Positions 39,664-53,270 of a DNA stretch of 64,000 nt are shown here, piece after piece. The notes below the pieces were generated by a model. The model had not been told where the DNA came from. It did not search any database and saw nothing but the letters and a program-made list of their open reading frames with translations. Position 1 is the stretch's first letter. Each line of letters opens with the position of its first letter. A program made the translations under genes and the position numbers. This stretch comes from Catajapyx aquilonaris. Taxonomy: Eukaryota. The stretch is taken from positions 1 to 64,000 of the forward strand of contig KZ538273.1 in the NCBI GenBank assembly GCA_000934665.2, read 5' to 3'.

Positions 39664-41169
39664 TACAATTAATAGTATAATTAAGATAATAAATTACAAG
39701 TATACTATAACATTATAAGGAAACTTATCGAATGTAATAAAATACTATTTAAACGAAGTAAATAACATGTACTTGAATCAAGTACTTGACTAGTACCCTC
39801 AACATGACAACTGTATACCTAGTTGAAGTCCTACTTACATGAAGAGCCCTCAGCTCTCTATACCTGATAAGCAGACAGGACATTGCCTCCGGGTATTGGT
39901 AAACATGTCAGTGACCCTCACCCACATCTCATCCATTCCCCCTATTCCCCCTCTCAAAAAAATTCCACCAAAATTCTCTCCCCCCTCGTCTCATGAAGAA
40001 AAAAAAATCGTAACTAACAAGTTCTTCACTCCATTCACGTACGTCATTCCTCCCCACTCCTCCTTACCCCCCCAAACCCTAGAAGGAAATTCTTAAGTTA
40101 TAGCCTTTCGCCTCAGCGACTCGAGTGGTGTGGTCGTTTCCAGGGCAACGGACAAGTGATTTATTTGGAAAGGCGAAATGTGCACACAAAAGGGAGGGAG
40201 GGGGGAGGGGGGAGAGGAGGAGGAGGAGGATGAATGCCAAATGCACTCGTTATGCCTTGGACTATAGAAAGCGATATTTTACATACAACAGTCGAGTAAC
40301 AATCAAAGGGCAGCCGGCTGGTCTCAAGTTGTTCGCAAATTTTTTGATATAACTGTCCAATTGATTTTAAAAAATCATTTTTGCACAATCAAATATTGGA
40401 TTGTGTTAAACACAATTTTAGCACAATCTTTTGTGCCAACTCGAGCTCAGTTGACAAAAATGACTCACAGGTGGCCATATGAATCATTCAAGTGTTTCCA
40501 ACCTTGGGTTTTAAACCGTTTCATTATAAATCCAGCCTACTGCCTCCCAGGAGTTTGCGAAATTTTTGCAATGGTCCGCTTTGCCTGTGGGAAAAACCTA
40601 GAGAGCACTATTTACACAAGGTGAACCGCTCTTTTCACAATGTTGTTATTTCAGTACAGTTTCGTCCCAAAAAAAACGAAAAAAAACGTGAAACTTGCTC
40701 TCATGAATCAAAGATCTGCCTCCTAAAAAATTTTGCCATCCGGAGGGGGAAGAGACTTGAATCGGTTCTAGGCCTAGCTCGGGCTTGGCTTAGGGATCGG
40801 ATCAAGAGTATCAGGCACTCTGGGGAAATCTGTCTGTCTCCGCAAGAAATCCCAAAGTCGAGGCGGATTTACCCTAGCAAAAAGATGCGCCCACACTTAC
40901 AAAAAAAAGCAAAAAAAAAGCAAAAAAAAGCAAAAAAAAAAAGAAAACCTAAGAGCGATTCAATATCGGCTCATACAAAATGCAAGGCGGTCACTTTAGA
41001 TCCATTTCTGAGGATAGAGAGTTAGAAAAAAGGCTGGATAGCAAATAGTTTTACGGGGGGAAAAGGAGGCTCAAAAATGGCGGTGGTGGAGGGTTCAGCC
41101 AACTGTGTGAGGATAAGTGCTTTGGCTGGTTGTGATTGTTCTACATCCATTCCGTAACTGGCAGCAAAG

Positions 41170-41520
41170 TAAATATTTAAATAAATAGCTAAATAAATAT
41201 TAATAGAAAATTGTAAATAAATATTAATAGAATATTATAAATAAATATTAATAGAATATTATAAATAAATATTAATAGAATATTATAAATAAATATTAAT
41301 AGATTATTAGAAATAAATATTAATAGAAAACTAGAAATAAATATTAATAGAAAACTAGAAATAAAATATGAAATAGAAATATTAAATTAATAAAATATGA
41401 AATAGAAATATTAAATTAATAAAATATGAAATAGAAATATTAAATTAATAAAATATGAAATAGAAATATTAAATTAATAAAATATGAAATAGAAATATTA
41501 AATTAATAAAATAGGAATAA
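41170..41520. repeat. Compound 24-bp and 29-bp AT-rich minisatellite
   Basis: Arrays of AAATAAATATTAATAGAATATTAT and AAAATATGAAATAGAAATATTAAATTAAT. Confidence 0.9.
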
Positions 41521-41821
41521 GTGGAAGACAAAAATAACAAAAATAAATAAAATACAAAAATAAAAACGAATAAAATATAAAAATTTATATAAATAAATAG
41601 AGTAGAAATTTTTCAACAAATTTTAGAAATATTCGAAAGATTAAAAATATACATTTTAACAAAACTATTTCTGTTGGTTTAAATGAAATTAAGTTTAATT
41701 TTAATTGCTAATCAATAACATCTAAAATATAGAAATAAATGAATTAAAATGAAATAAATGAAAGACAAATATAAATCAACTTAAACAAAAAATACAAAAT
41801 ACAAAACGAATAAAAGATATA

Positions 41822-42087
41822 CATACATACATACATACATACATACATACATACATACATACATACATACATACATCACGGCATAATCCCATAACTGGGG
41901 TAGCCAGCGACGACTAGTTTCTGCCTAGCTGGCAAGATGACAACCTGGTGCCAAATAACACCGTCGCTGATGGGATGCAGTGGGCGGCCTATAGTCTCCA
42001 GTTGCTCTATATTTTTGTTTATACTGTATACTTTTTACATGGTATGTTTATGTATTTGTATGTGTATGTGTTCATATCACCGATTTC
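41822..42087 (-). mobile_element. 5'-truncated retroposon (RTE-like 3' end) with (TGTA)n tail and 13-bp TSD
   Basis: TSD AATAAAAGATATA at 41809-41821 and 42088-42100. About 14 TACA units are followed by TCACGGC...ATCCC...GGGGTAGCCAG, a terminal pattern I recall for RTE-type elements. Confidence 0.75.
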
Positions 42088-43039
42088 AATAAAAGATATA
42101 GAAATAAATATAAGTAGGAAATTTTCATATAATTTTAGAAAATTTAGAAACATTAAAAATAGGCATTTTAACAAAAATATTGATTTATATTGATTTAAAT
42201 CAAATGAAATTAATTAAATCTTAATTTATATGCACATGGACCGAAATAAATATTAATATAGGCATTAATATAAAACGGCATAAATACGGTAATCAACATA
42301 TAAATTTTTAAAAATAAAAAAGATAGTCATACATATTATTGGCTGTCTTCCCATTTCTTTATGCAGGTAGTACAGTATAACTACCCTTGCACGACCTGTG
42401 AGTGGCAGTATGCGCCATTTGCTTACATGGTAATCCGGGTTCACTAGTTTCCTCCCAATATTTTGCCCAAATGTGGTTTGTTAAATCAGCAATACTATTG
42501 TGTGGACAATACCGATGAAAACATTCCTTACATGCCTTGCCCCTTGTTCCACACACATATGCCCCCCCCCCNTGCCCCCTCCCTCCCCCCAGAACCCAAC
42601 CCGGCATTTTTGCGCGAATTGATGAGTAAGCTGGTTGCAAGTAAATCCGCAGACACAGAATTTCCGTGTTGACAAGCGCTGATTGAACGGATAAACATCA
42701 ATTATCATGAATTATGCGCTTTTTTCCATGGGACTACCAGGGACTATGGGATTTTATACCCTCCCGAAAAAAAAAACTGCAAAAAAAGTGGTATGGCATG
42801 GGGAGGGGCTTGAAAATGCAAATTCTACAAACATTAACGTCCTCTGCCACTGCCATTATGTCGTGCAGGTGATTAGCATACATTCATAATCTTCAATATG
42901 ATTGGAGCATAGATCAGAGCCTGGTTATTGGCTCTGACATTACACGAAGCTGCAGGTGACACTTACTACAGACAATCATAGAGTCTGTGCCTCTGTTTGT
43001 CCCATGACTCCCCCACCTAGGATATAGGAGGATGATAGA

Positions 43040-43315
43040 AAAGATCTCGCAATTCTCGATGTCGCCATCTCTCGACCCGCTACGACACGTCGTAGCGGGT
43101 CGGGTGATAGCTCGTTGGAAAGCTCTCGTCGACAGTTAGGAAGCGGAAAAATCCTCATATTTGCAAATTTCCCCGCGGTTTTTGAGCTACGGCCAAAATA
43201 AAAATTAGGACCTCCGCTAATATTGTTCGCGCGGAGCACCAGAATAGCGCCACCATCGCCTGCGTCTTGCCACCCGTCACTCTCGGCCATCCCGTCAACA
43301 GGCAGCAAAGCCAAT
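43040..43315. mobile_element. GC-rich probable DNA-transposon remnant with a perfect 14-bp-stem hairpin
   Basis: CGACCCGCTACGAC-AC-GTCGTAGCGGGTCG (43073-43102), followed by TAGCTCGTTGGAAAGCTCTCG; boundaries uncertain. Confidence 0.4.
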
Positions 43316-43419
43316 ATTTAAATTAAATAAAAAAATAAACAAAAAATAAATAAATAAATAAAATTGGAAATAAATGAATAAAATAATGAAAATTTAATAA
43401 AATGAGAAATGAACGAACG

Positions 43420-43702
43420 AAATAAAATAATAAAATAATAAATCTTAGAAATAAAATAATAAAATAATAAATCTTAGAAATAAAATAATAAAATAATAAA
43501 TCTTAGAAATAAAATAATAAAATAATAAATTTTAGAAATAAAATAATAAAATAATAAATATTCGAAATAAAATAATAAAATAATAATAAATATTAGAAAT
43601 GAATAAAATAATAATAAATATTAGAAATGAATAAAATAATAATAAATATTAGAAATGAATAAAATAATAATAAATATTAGAAATGAATAAAATAATAATA
43701 AA
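43420..43702. repeat. 28-29-bp AT-rich minisatellite
   Basis: Arrays of AAATAAAATAATAAAATAATAAATCTTAG and AAATGAATAAAATAATAATAAATATTAG. Confidence 0.9.
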
Positions 43703-44209
43703 TTTTATACACCTATATAAAAGGCAACGGTTGTGATTATGTATCCCGGACACTCCTACCCCAGCCTTATGGAATCCCTCGCGAGCTCAGTTGTTCTCCC
43801 ACACCCATGTGGTGTAATCGTCCGCCAGGATCGCCCCACAGCTTAGATACTACACCAGCGCCAAAGGGTATAGGATTGCCTAAGCCCATTTTCTCCCGAT
43901 AATACTTCACGCCTCTAGCCTCCTTCTCTACTCTGGGAAATTATTTTTAGGCCCAGGTCCCAATCGCATCCATGCCCGTCAATGGCCCCAATCTCGCCTC
44001 CTGTGATTACCAATAATCCTGGGGAAAGCGGGTATTCTCCAAACAGCTCACGCACCAGGGCCAATCAGCTTTCTTGCCAGGAGAAGGCGTCATCGCCAAT
44101 GTTTTCTCAAGTGTGGCTGCGTTGAGAGGCTACAAAAAAAATGCTGTCAAGATAAGGCCTGAAGGGGGGAGAGGTGATATTTTAACCTATAAGTAGGGGA
44201 CATAAATCG

Positions 44210-45120
44210 TGCCTGGTTTAAGTCTGGAGTATGTCCTGGACTTAAGGCATAATCCGGGCTTTGTGGATCGTAATCATGGGATTGTTTGGACATAATCCGG
44301 GATTTAGGGTTAGTAGGATATAATCCATGGTGTTTCAGGACTTAGTACTGGAATTTTACAATACAAAATCCGGATTAGTAGAGCAAAAGATATCCGACTT
44401 AATCCAGGATTAGTCCCACGTCAGGTCCTGAACAACAATGAGCCAGGATTTCATGATGAGTAGTCGACTAATCTCGGACTTAGGTTAGTCAAAATTGTGT
44501 CGAGTATAATCTCAGATTAAGTTGGATGTAATCAGATAAGTCAGACATTATCCTGGTTTCAATCATGAGAGTGAGCTGTAATCCCGTATTTAATTAAGAT
44601 CATAATCTTGGTTGAAATAATCCTACATTAGGACTTAATCCTTGGTTAAAACATAATCGTTGGCTTTGGATTGTTGGACAGAATATAATTCGGAAATTCC
44701 GCATTTGTTGCACCTTAATCCGGGACTTAACGGCCGGTTAAATCGATGGTAAATCCAGAAGTACAGTAGTTAGGTATTAACCATCGATCATGCAACCAGT
44801 TCAGCATAATCTCAGGCTTTACTCGGGTCTAATCATAGATAAGACCCACACTTAGTCGGACATAATCGCAGATTAAGTTGGTCCTCGTTGCACGTAAAAC
44901 CCCACACTAGATCGGTGATACTCGGACCTAATCCCGGACTTAGTCGCCTCTGTTACGCCTTAATCTCCGGACTTAGTTGGGACTATGCCAAACGAAATCA
45001 TAGCCGCTGAGTTAGATCTAGTGACGCTTAACCCCACCTAATCTCAGATTATACTCAGGCCTAATCTCACATTAATCCCTGGATTAGTCGAACCTAACCC
45101 AAACAATCGCCCCTAATCCT
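44210..45120. repeat. Degenerate TAATCC/GGACTTA repeat block
   Basis: At least 11 TAATCC and 3 GGATTA, plus TAATCT variants. Confidence 0.75.
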
Positions 45121-45214
45121 AGGCCACTTCTAACAGAATACATAAAAAATAGGCCTACAAAAAAGAGCAAATCAACAACTCAAATAACTAATATAGGAAA
45201 GCACTAATGCTGAT

Positions 45215-45955
45215 TAGTAACTAATACTAACAACATTATATTGATAAAATAGCTAATACTAACAACATTATATTGATAAAATAGCTAATACTAACAATAT
45301 TATATTGATAAAATAGCTAATACTAACAATATTATATTGATAAAATAGCTAATACTAACAATATTATATTGATAAAATAGCTAATACTAACATAACATAA
45401 TATTAATAAAATAACTAATACTAACATAACATAATATTAATAAAATAACTAATACTAACATAACATAATATTAATAAAATAACTAATACTAACATAATAT
45501 ACTATTGATAAAAATAACAGATATAGTATAATATAGATAGAATAACAGATATAATACAGGGTGTTCCAAATTTGTGTGTTGTTTCTTATTACTGATATCG
45601 CGATTATCGGCCGATAGCAGTTATTTTTATAGCTTGTGCCCCTAACCAGATGCCCCATTCTATAGCAACTGCTATATTAGACCCCCTGGGAGTAATGGGT
45701 CAACTAGATCGGGGCACAATAAGCTACAAAAATAGCTGCTATCGAGCAACATCAGTTATTAAAAACGACCCACGAATTTGGGGCACCCTGTATATTATTG
45801 ATAAAATAACTGATATATAATATTGATAAAATAACTGATATATAATGTTGATAAAATAACTGATGTAATATATAATATTGATAAAATAACTGATGTAATA
45901 TATAATATTGATAAAATAACTGATGTAATATATAATAATTATGCAATAACTAATA
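45215..45955. repeat. 30-32-bp minisatellite interrupted by a MITE
   Basis: Arrays of TTGATAAAATAGCTAATACTAACAATATTATA and ATAAAATAACTGATGTAATATATAATATTG. Confidence 0.9.
45557..45790. mobile_element. CAGGGTG-family MITE with ~85-bp imperfect TIRs
   Basis: TA-CAGGGTGTTCCAAATTTGTG ... CACGAATTTGGGGCACCCTG-TA. Confidence 0.85.
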
Positions 45956-46646
45956 TCACTTTATAAAAGGACGAGGTAAACTATCATCGCAATCGCAATG
46001 AACTCTGTCATTTGTATAACAGTCGAAAATCGCTGTATGTAACCCATGGTTTAACCACCTGAAAAACGAGGCGTGATGCAACCCAGAGTGGTCACTCCAC
46101 ATCAGGGTGCCCTGATGCTCCTTCTGCACACGTCTTGAAGTGTGGAGAACTCGACATTCCAGAGTTGCCAACCACTTAACGAAGGGTCTATGTGCTCTGT
46201 CTGAGATTTTCAACTGGGAGTCATGGCAAGCGGAGTCTGTGAGGATGTGGGGGAGTTAACTGGATACCGCAAGTACCGGCATGCTGAGAGATTCGTTTCA
46301 GCGCCCGGGTTAAGAGGAGTTTATAAGCAGGGACCGCAGCTGCTTGCGGGGGTTGACAACCATATGGCAGTCTTCCCAACACCAACTGATACCTTTCCAA
46401 ACTGACAAAAGGGCGTCTCACTGTCTGCTCACTACACTTTTCCCGTACGGCAGGCTATACTATTGCCCTATGTACAGTACAACGTCTAATCTCCATGTTT
46501 ACTATGTGTCTGAACTAGTCTTAACGAATAACAACTTTGGCTGAAAATTTCATCAGTGCAGTGTGCAGAAACGGCGATGCGCCATCTATGTAACAGACAA
46601 GGTACTACGTCCGAGTTGGGGGCAGTGTTTCCATGCTTAGGCAGTG

Positions 46647-46803
46647 GGTTGACGCCTATTACTCAGGAGCAAAGTATGAAGTAATCCCACCAAAAACCTT
46701 TCTGTAAAAAAAGGCCAAGTTCTCCTGACTGCTTGGCCGTAAAAAGTGGTGAGATCTGAAATACGGTTGACGCCTATTACTCAAGAGCAAAGTATGAAGT
46801 AAT
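46647..46803. repeat. 39-bp direct repeat pair, 118 bp apart
   Basis: GGTTGACGCCTATTACTCA(G/A)GAGCAAAGTATGAAGTAAT at 46647 and 46765. Confidence 0.9.
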
Positions 46804-47699
46804 ATAACTAAAAAGTAATATACAGTGGTATAACTAATAAAGTGAAACAACAACTACAGCTACCCACAACTAATAAAGTAGCATATAGCTAATATAGTCA
46901 AAGTCATTGCAAGGGAAAAGTTTTCATTCAAATGTGCTGATGCGATGGGATATCTGGAGCAGTGTGGGCTGACTGCCCATATTTCCATGCATTCAAGGGT
47001 TGAAAACAAGATGGCAACCTTCCCAAGGGTTCCTGGCCCTCCTTCCATATTGGCGTCTGACTGTCTCTGAGTCCACTTGGCGATATCGGCACACTCCCGG
47101 AAATAGAACTAATACCGGCTGTCGCTTTTTTTTCTTTAAAAAAAACAGCTCCTGGTCCATGTTCGTGACTCCTAGAGTAATGGGGACGGAACAAAAATTC
47201 TCCGATAAACCTATTACACGGTAACAATTCAGATATTACAAGGCAATAAAAGCTGGCCATCGGAATGGGCCCCTACTCTGTTATCACCCATCCAAAAGAC
47301 TGGCCAACAAAAACGACTTCAGAAAGCCTTTTTTTACACGCCGCCAGGGGGCTCCAGCTCTGATTTGACTGACTCTTGTCCACAATACAGAGAGGCAGAT
47401 TATATCTTAGCACTTTGTCCCCTGAGCGTTCTTCCTTTGGTTTAACGGCCGTGGCATGGCCGGACGAGCGAGGCCTGACGATGATTGCCTAAACAGCCGC
47501 CGTGGGTTAATGGCGCCACTGCGGCCATTCCGCTTACAAGCGAGGGTCATTCACACAAGGGCCGCTAAAGGGTCGCTGACCCGACTACCGCTGTGAACAA
47601 GGGGGTTTAAAGTAGCAGCTCGTTTTAAAGAGCAGCTATTTATAATTCGCGTTTATGTTCATTAAGCAGTTATTGACTGCAGCCAATCGCGGGGCTCCA

Positions 47700-48620
47700 G
47701 ACAACCCAGGAATATCGATATGTGTGGGTACATTGAGGATAATATGGGTATATTTCAGAAGTGAATATCGATATGCCAGTTCATCTAAAAGCTCATCTGT
47801 AGGCTACACTGCTCAAGTGAATATAGATATGTTTGCTGTTCATCGGCAAAGTGAATATCGATAGGTTTGTTCATCAAGAAAGTGAATTTCGATGATCTTA
47901 TCGAGAGAGTGCGTAGAGATATGACAGTTCGTCCAGACAGTTAATAGCAATATATCGACAGATTGTAGATGAAAATATAGATGTCGTTTCATCAAAAGCG
48001 TGAATATCGATATGCCGGTTCATTGAAAACCACATATGATATATCGATGCACTGATAACGTGAAAATCGATATGTTTGTCCATCGAGCAAGTGAATATCG
48101 ATGTGGCAGTTCTTCCATAAAATTGATATATCGGAACATTGCGGATTAAATTATCGATAATTCTATTCCACCAGAAAGGGAATATTGGTATGCTGCATAC
48201 CGCGGTATCTTTATATCGGTAGACTTCTGCAGTGAATATCGATGTTTGTTCATTTACATTCTATCGAGTGAATATTGATATGGCAGTTCATCGAGAGAGT
48301 AAATATCGATATGTCAATATATTTCAGATGAAATTATCGATAAATCAGTACATTGCAGATGAAATTATCGATAAATCGGTCCATTCAGAAATTGAATATC
48401 GATGTTCCGATTCATCCAAAAGAGCATATCTTTATATCGGAACACTGCTGAAGTTCAGAGAGTAAATATCGATATATTGGCACATCGTAAACAGAAATAT
48501 CGATATATTGGTTCGTCAAAAAGTAAATATCGATCTAACAAATCATCTTGGTAGTGAGTATCGATGTATCATGAGTTAAGGAAATAGAATATCGATATAT
48601 CAAGAATCGATGTATAAAAA
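47700..48620. repeat. ATCGAT-rich block with ~30-31-bp phasing
   Basis: GAATATCGAT-like motif recurs, e.g. near 48270, 48301, 48332, 48363 and 48394. Confidence 0.8.
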
Positions 48621-49369
48621 TTACGTCGCGGTAGTGCCAGTTTTTTTTTCAACTCATCACCTGGGACGTGCCCCAGGCCTCATGTGTGTGATGACTGAAC
48701 ATGATGCATGATCCCATCCCAAAGTAATGATTTTAAACATTTAATTAGAGCTCATTACCGGTAGATGCGTAGGCGGGGACGCTCACTAAAAGGTTGATAA
48801 ATTGGTCGGTTAAACGCAATAACTCGATAGGGGATTACCTCCGTATGATGAACGGTGTGTGTATATGTGTCAGCTTCCATGATGAAAGCCTCGCATCGGG
48901 TGATTGCGCTGCCATACCGAGTACCTGAGTGTACACACTAAGTGCAAGCCCCTCCCAAAACCTTTGACAAACCAAGCGGTTGTTTGAGACATGCCATCAA
49001 AAGCCAATGACCTGAGTTGGAGGGAAGCACTTTCATTAGAGGACCTCGGGCCCTTCATTCGTCTACACTTCGCAGTTTTTTGGACGGAGGACATTCGGGG
49101 ACGGAACAAATGGAGACGTCTGCTTCCTAACCTTTGGGGACAAGGAAGTGCAACTGGCCACACTGCTTGTTGGAAAGTTACCAACAAATAAAAGGAAAAA
49201 AGTCATGGCTCCAACGTATATAAGGTAGAAAGCCGTCACAAGATGCTATCATGACCTGGCAACCATGGGCAGTCTGGTAACCCTGTTTATATTGGCTTGA
49301 TCTGGTGCCGGATCCGTTAAGTGTTATGGCTTCGGAATATCGCGGAATGGCAAATAACTGTTATTTTGT

Positions 49370-50255
49370 TCATTTTAAAAGTTGCTTTTAAATAATTACT
49401 AAATTAACGATTTATCGATATTGATAATAATGTTCAAGTAACAATTTGTCGACATTTCATTGAGTACATTTACAAGTATCGATATTTCATTTTCTCAGAG
49501 ATCTATTTATCTATTTTGCGATTAGGCAATTCATAATTTATCGATATTTAATTCTATATATCGATATTGCGATTTTCAGTTTGCAATTTATCGATAGTGC
49601 GAGTAGTCAATTCGCCATTTTTATCAAAATTTCATTTTCCCAATCATCGATATATCGATATTCCACTTTTCAGTTTACAGTTGAAATCAATTTTTCTCTT
49701 TCAAATTATCGATATATCGAGAAGCTGTTTTATGTATGATAGATAGATCTTATACGTGATTTTCAATTATCGATTCATTCATCGCTATCACAAGATTCTG
49801 ACAGTTTCAGACATCTGTATCGATTTTCGATACATTGATATATTTTCTACGTTGTACAATTCGATACATTTTGTAGTCTTTAAAAGTAGCTCTTAAATTA
49901 TTACTCAATTGTCGGTTTATCGATAATGAGATTTTATAAATTTATGATTTATCGATATTGAGATTTTATAAATCTATCATTTATCGATAATTCATTTTAT
50001 CAGTTATCAGTTTATCGATATTGCAACTGGTTAGTTTACAATTTATCGATATTTCATTTCTCAACTATCGATTTATTGATATAGAAATTTCAAATTAAAA
50101 TTTATCGATATTTTATTTGAGCAATTATCGATATATCGATACGACTTTCTGAATGATCAATTTATCGATATGCCGGTTTTTCAATTGTCGATTCATCGAT
50201 ATCACTAGCTGCTAGTTTCATATATCTATCGATTTTCGATACATGGGTGTACAAC
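49370..50255. repeat. ATCGAT-rich block made of two diverged tandem units
   Basis: Both units begin TTTAAAAGT.GCT.TTAAAT.ATTACT (about 49374 and 49869) and end TATCGATTTTCGATACAT. Confidence 0.75.
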
Positions 50256-51040
50256 CTCCGCCATTTTGAGTCCGGATCCACTTTACGACGCCTGTACTCA
50301 ACGCTAATGGCCTCCCGCTTACTTTAGAGCGTAACAACCAGGATGACAGATCAATTAAACATTGATGCAATTAAGATGAGCGGAGAGGGGTTGCTAGGGT
50401 AGAGTAAGCAGCAGTTAGTTGCCCAGAGGCCAGCTTGCCGTTTAGTCACACATATTAAATCGGTCGTTGAGCAGAAAACAACCCGGGGAACAAATCCCCC
50501 GATGGAGAAGCTTTTGCGGTGTTTTAACGGTCAGAGTTTAAACGCTGTAATGATTTCATTAAGACGGTTGTTAACGGGGGCGTCACTTTCATTGCTTGAT
50601 AATCCGTACTTTATGTTTCGTACTGTCGAAGAGTAGCGATTAGTAATTAGCGGACATGACCTCCTAAATATTGTTGAGTGTTGATGACCGCAAGGTGTCG
50701 CAATGTGATATGCGCGGAAACACTATGCGCAGAGTCTGATTTATCCTGAGTAGAGTTCAGCCAAGCTCATGGATCTGTGAGCGATGTTTACGGACCAATG
50801 AGTGTGCGCGCCATGCCATGAATCAATCATTCTCACCCAATCCGGGCCTAATAAAGGCCTCGCCACCTGCAAGTCCGGGATTTTTAGGGCTTTCAAGAAA
50901 CGGAGCACGTTTACACGAGGCATCAACGGACAGTTTTGAGGCGTGGGAACGGGCAATGTCCGGCACACACGGTATGTCGTGAGATTGATCGGCTTATTGG
51001 AAATTTGGCCGGCCGATATGAGGTGTGTGGAGAAAACCGA

Positions 51041-52090
51041 TGGATGGGTCGGAATCGGATTTATCGATATCTCGCTCTCTTGATTATAATTAAGAATACA
51101 AAATATCGATAATTGAAAAATTATACATCGATAAATTAATCCTAGAGGTACATCGATGACTAGAGGATAATAATATCTAGGCATCCGATTTATCTATATC
51201 TCACTTTCTTAATTATCATTTATACAGTGAGATATCGATAAATCTGATGTCAGTTTACCATTTTCATGATTCGTAAATCAATGATTTATCGATGTATCGT
51301 TTTTCAATTAACCATATAGAAATATCGATATTGTGGTTGGCAAATACAGGATCGATATTTCATCTCTCAATTATTGATTGATCAAAATTGTCACTAATCA
51401 GTTTGAGATTTTTATATATTTTATTTTTCAATAATTGTCCATTAATCGGTATGACGTTTTCCGAATTATTTATTTATCGGTATACAGTTTTCTCAAAATC
51501 GATGTATCATTATTGAGATCAGTCCGTTAACAATTTATCGATATTTCATTCCTATGTTATCCTTTATAGTCATATCAATTTGCCTTAATCACAATTATTC
51601 GTCAATCTGTTAGTATGATTCATCGCTGTATCGATTCATCAATTATGAATGTTCAAATATAGATATTGTGATTGTGATAATATGTAGGCTACTGTACGAC
51701 TTATACAGGGTGTTCCAGATCCGTTGGTCACTTTTTGATGAAATTTGCTATCGGGCGATATCAGTGTCCCACGAATCTGTAACACCCTGCAGCAGTTTCT
51801 AAAATATCGATTTATTGATATTGCGATCAATCAGTTAACGATATATCTATATTTAAGTTTCTTAATTATCGATTTGGCGATAACTCAATCCATTTGCTAT
51901 CGATTTTCCGGTATTTTGAACCGCTAGTCAGCGATATGTAGATATTTTCTCAATTGCAGATGGCCATTTCCTGAATTACTTATTTATCGATATGCAATTT
52001 TCTCAATAATAAATTTATTCGTCGATATCGCCAATTGCCAATTTCCGATATCATCATAAATTTTCGATAAATTGGCTTACAACCCATACT
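51041..52090. mobile_element. Decayed TIR element with an ATCGAT-rich body
   Basis: 51041-51067 matches the reverse complement of 52064-52090 at 20 of 27 positions. Confidence 0.5.
51706..51789. mobile_element. 84-bp CAGGGTG-family mini-MITE nested in the ATCGAT block
   Basis: CAGGGTGTTCCAGATCCGT / ACGAATCTGTAACACCCTG pair at 17 of 19 positions; left flank TA, right flank CA. Confidence 0.75.
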
Positions 52091-52779
52091 CATCTGATAT
52101 CCATAAAATTGAAACATCAAACAGGCTGAGCCTCACCAAACTTTGCGTGACCCATCCTCCCCCACTGTACTAATGCAAAAATAATGACCAGCAGTGTCTC
52201 CCCCTTGGTGTCCTCCTCCCCACATTAAAATGCGATCGTCCCCATAGCAAGAGCGCAATACTCCAGCAGCCATCCCATCCTCCCCATCCCAATGTTTCCT
52301 CGTTTTCAAGAAGACTGCTTCTTAAATGCGACATCTGCACAACCCACCTCCTCCTCCTTCCATCCCTCCTTCCTACCCCTCCTGGAAATAAAAGATGCCA
52401 TCTCTCGGCACCACCCAGCCTCTCCCGCTTTTAATGGTGCGTGAACACGGAATTTCATGTCCGGATTCCTTGCGTCTTCATTCGCAGCGGGGAGGAGAAG
52501 GAGGAGAAGAAGAAGGGAGAGGCTGAGCAACAACGAAAATACCCAAGGAAAAGAGGCTCAACTCTTGCTGCTCCAGGACCCCATTCAATCCTCAAGAATA
52601 TTTAGTCGCTTGGAAAGAGGGGGGAAAAAACTACTACGTTGCAGTAGAAACGTATCTGCAGAATGGAGAAAATACCTGCGCCAAAATTTTGCACCAACAC
52701 AAGGTGCAAATACAGGGTTGATATGGTCTAGACACTATTTTGAAGCCGAAATCAGCTGGTTTCATGGCTTCCATAAGTT

Positions 52780-53270
52780 ATTTTGATCATAACAGTTATT
52801 TTCTCCATAAACTGCAGTTACGAGCTGTTTTGAACATTACAGCTATTTTCAAATAGCAGTTATTCGATTGTAACTATTATTTTGAACATTACAGCTATTT
52901 TGATAATAGCAGTTATTCGACTGTAACTATTATTTTGATCATAACCATTATTTTGGTAACAACAGGAATCTGACTGTAGCAGCTCTTTGACCATAACAGT
53001 TAGTCATGACCATAGTAGTTAGCCGTGACCAAAGCGGTTAGCCATGGCCGTAACGGTTAGTCATGACCATAGCAGTTAGTCGTCACTATAGCAGCTATTT
53101 GACTAGTACTTACTTTATCTCTATTATTTACTTTGACCATGTCAGTTTGTACCAGCAATTTGCACGTAACAGCTATTTGACCATAACGACTATTTTGACC
53201 ATAAAACAGTTATCCATGACCACAGGAACTACTTGACTATTAGCTACTTCAGCCATATTAGTTATTTTGG
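52780..53270. repeat. AGCAGTTAT/GACCATA degenerate block
   Basis: Recurrent CAGTTAT, CAGCTATT and GACCATA motifs. Confidence 0.7.

Noticed and set aside
40492..41025. 177-aa lysine-rich ORF
   Set aside because: Non-ATG start, composition driven by poly-A runs, no recognisable domain.
43711..43765. Helitron-like 5' end (CCTATATAAAAGGCAACG)
   Set aside because: No TC start and no matching 3' hairpin plus CTRR found nearby.
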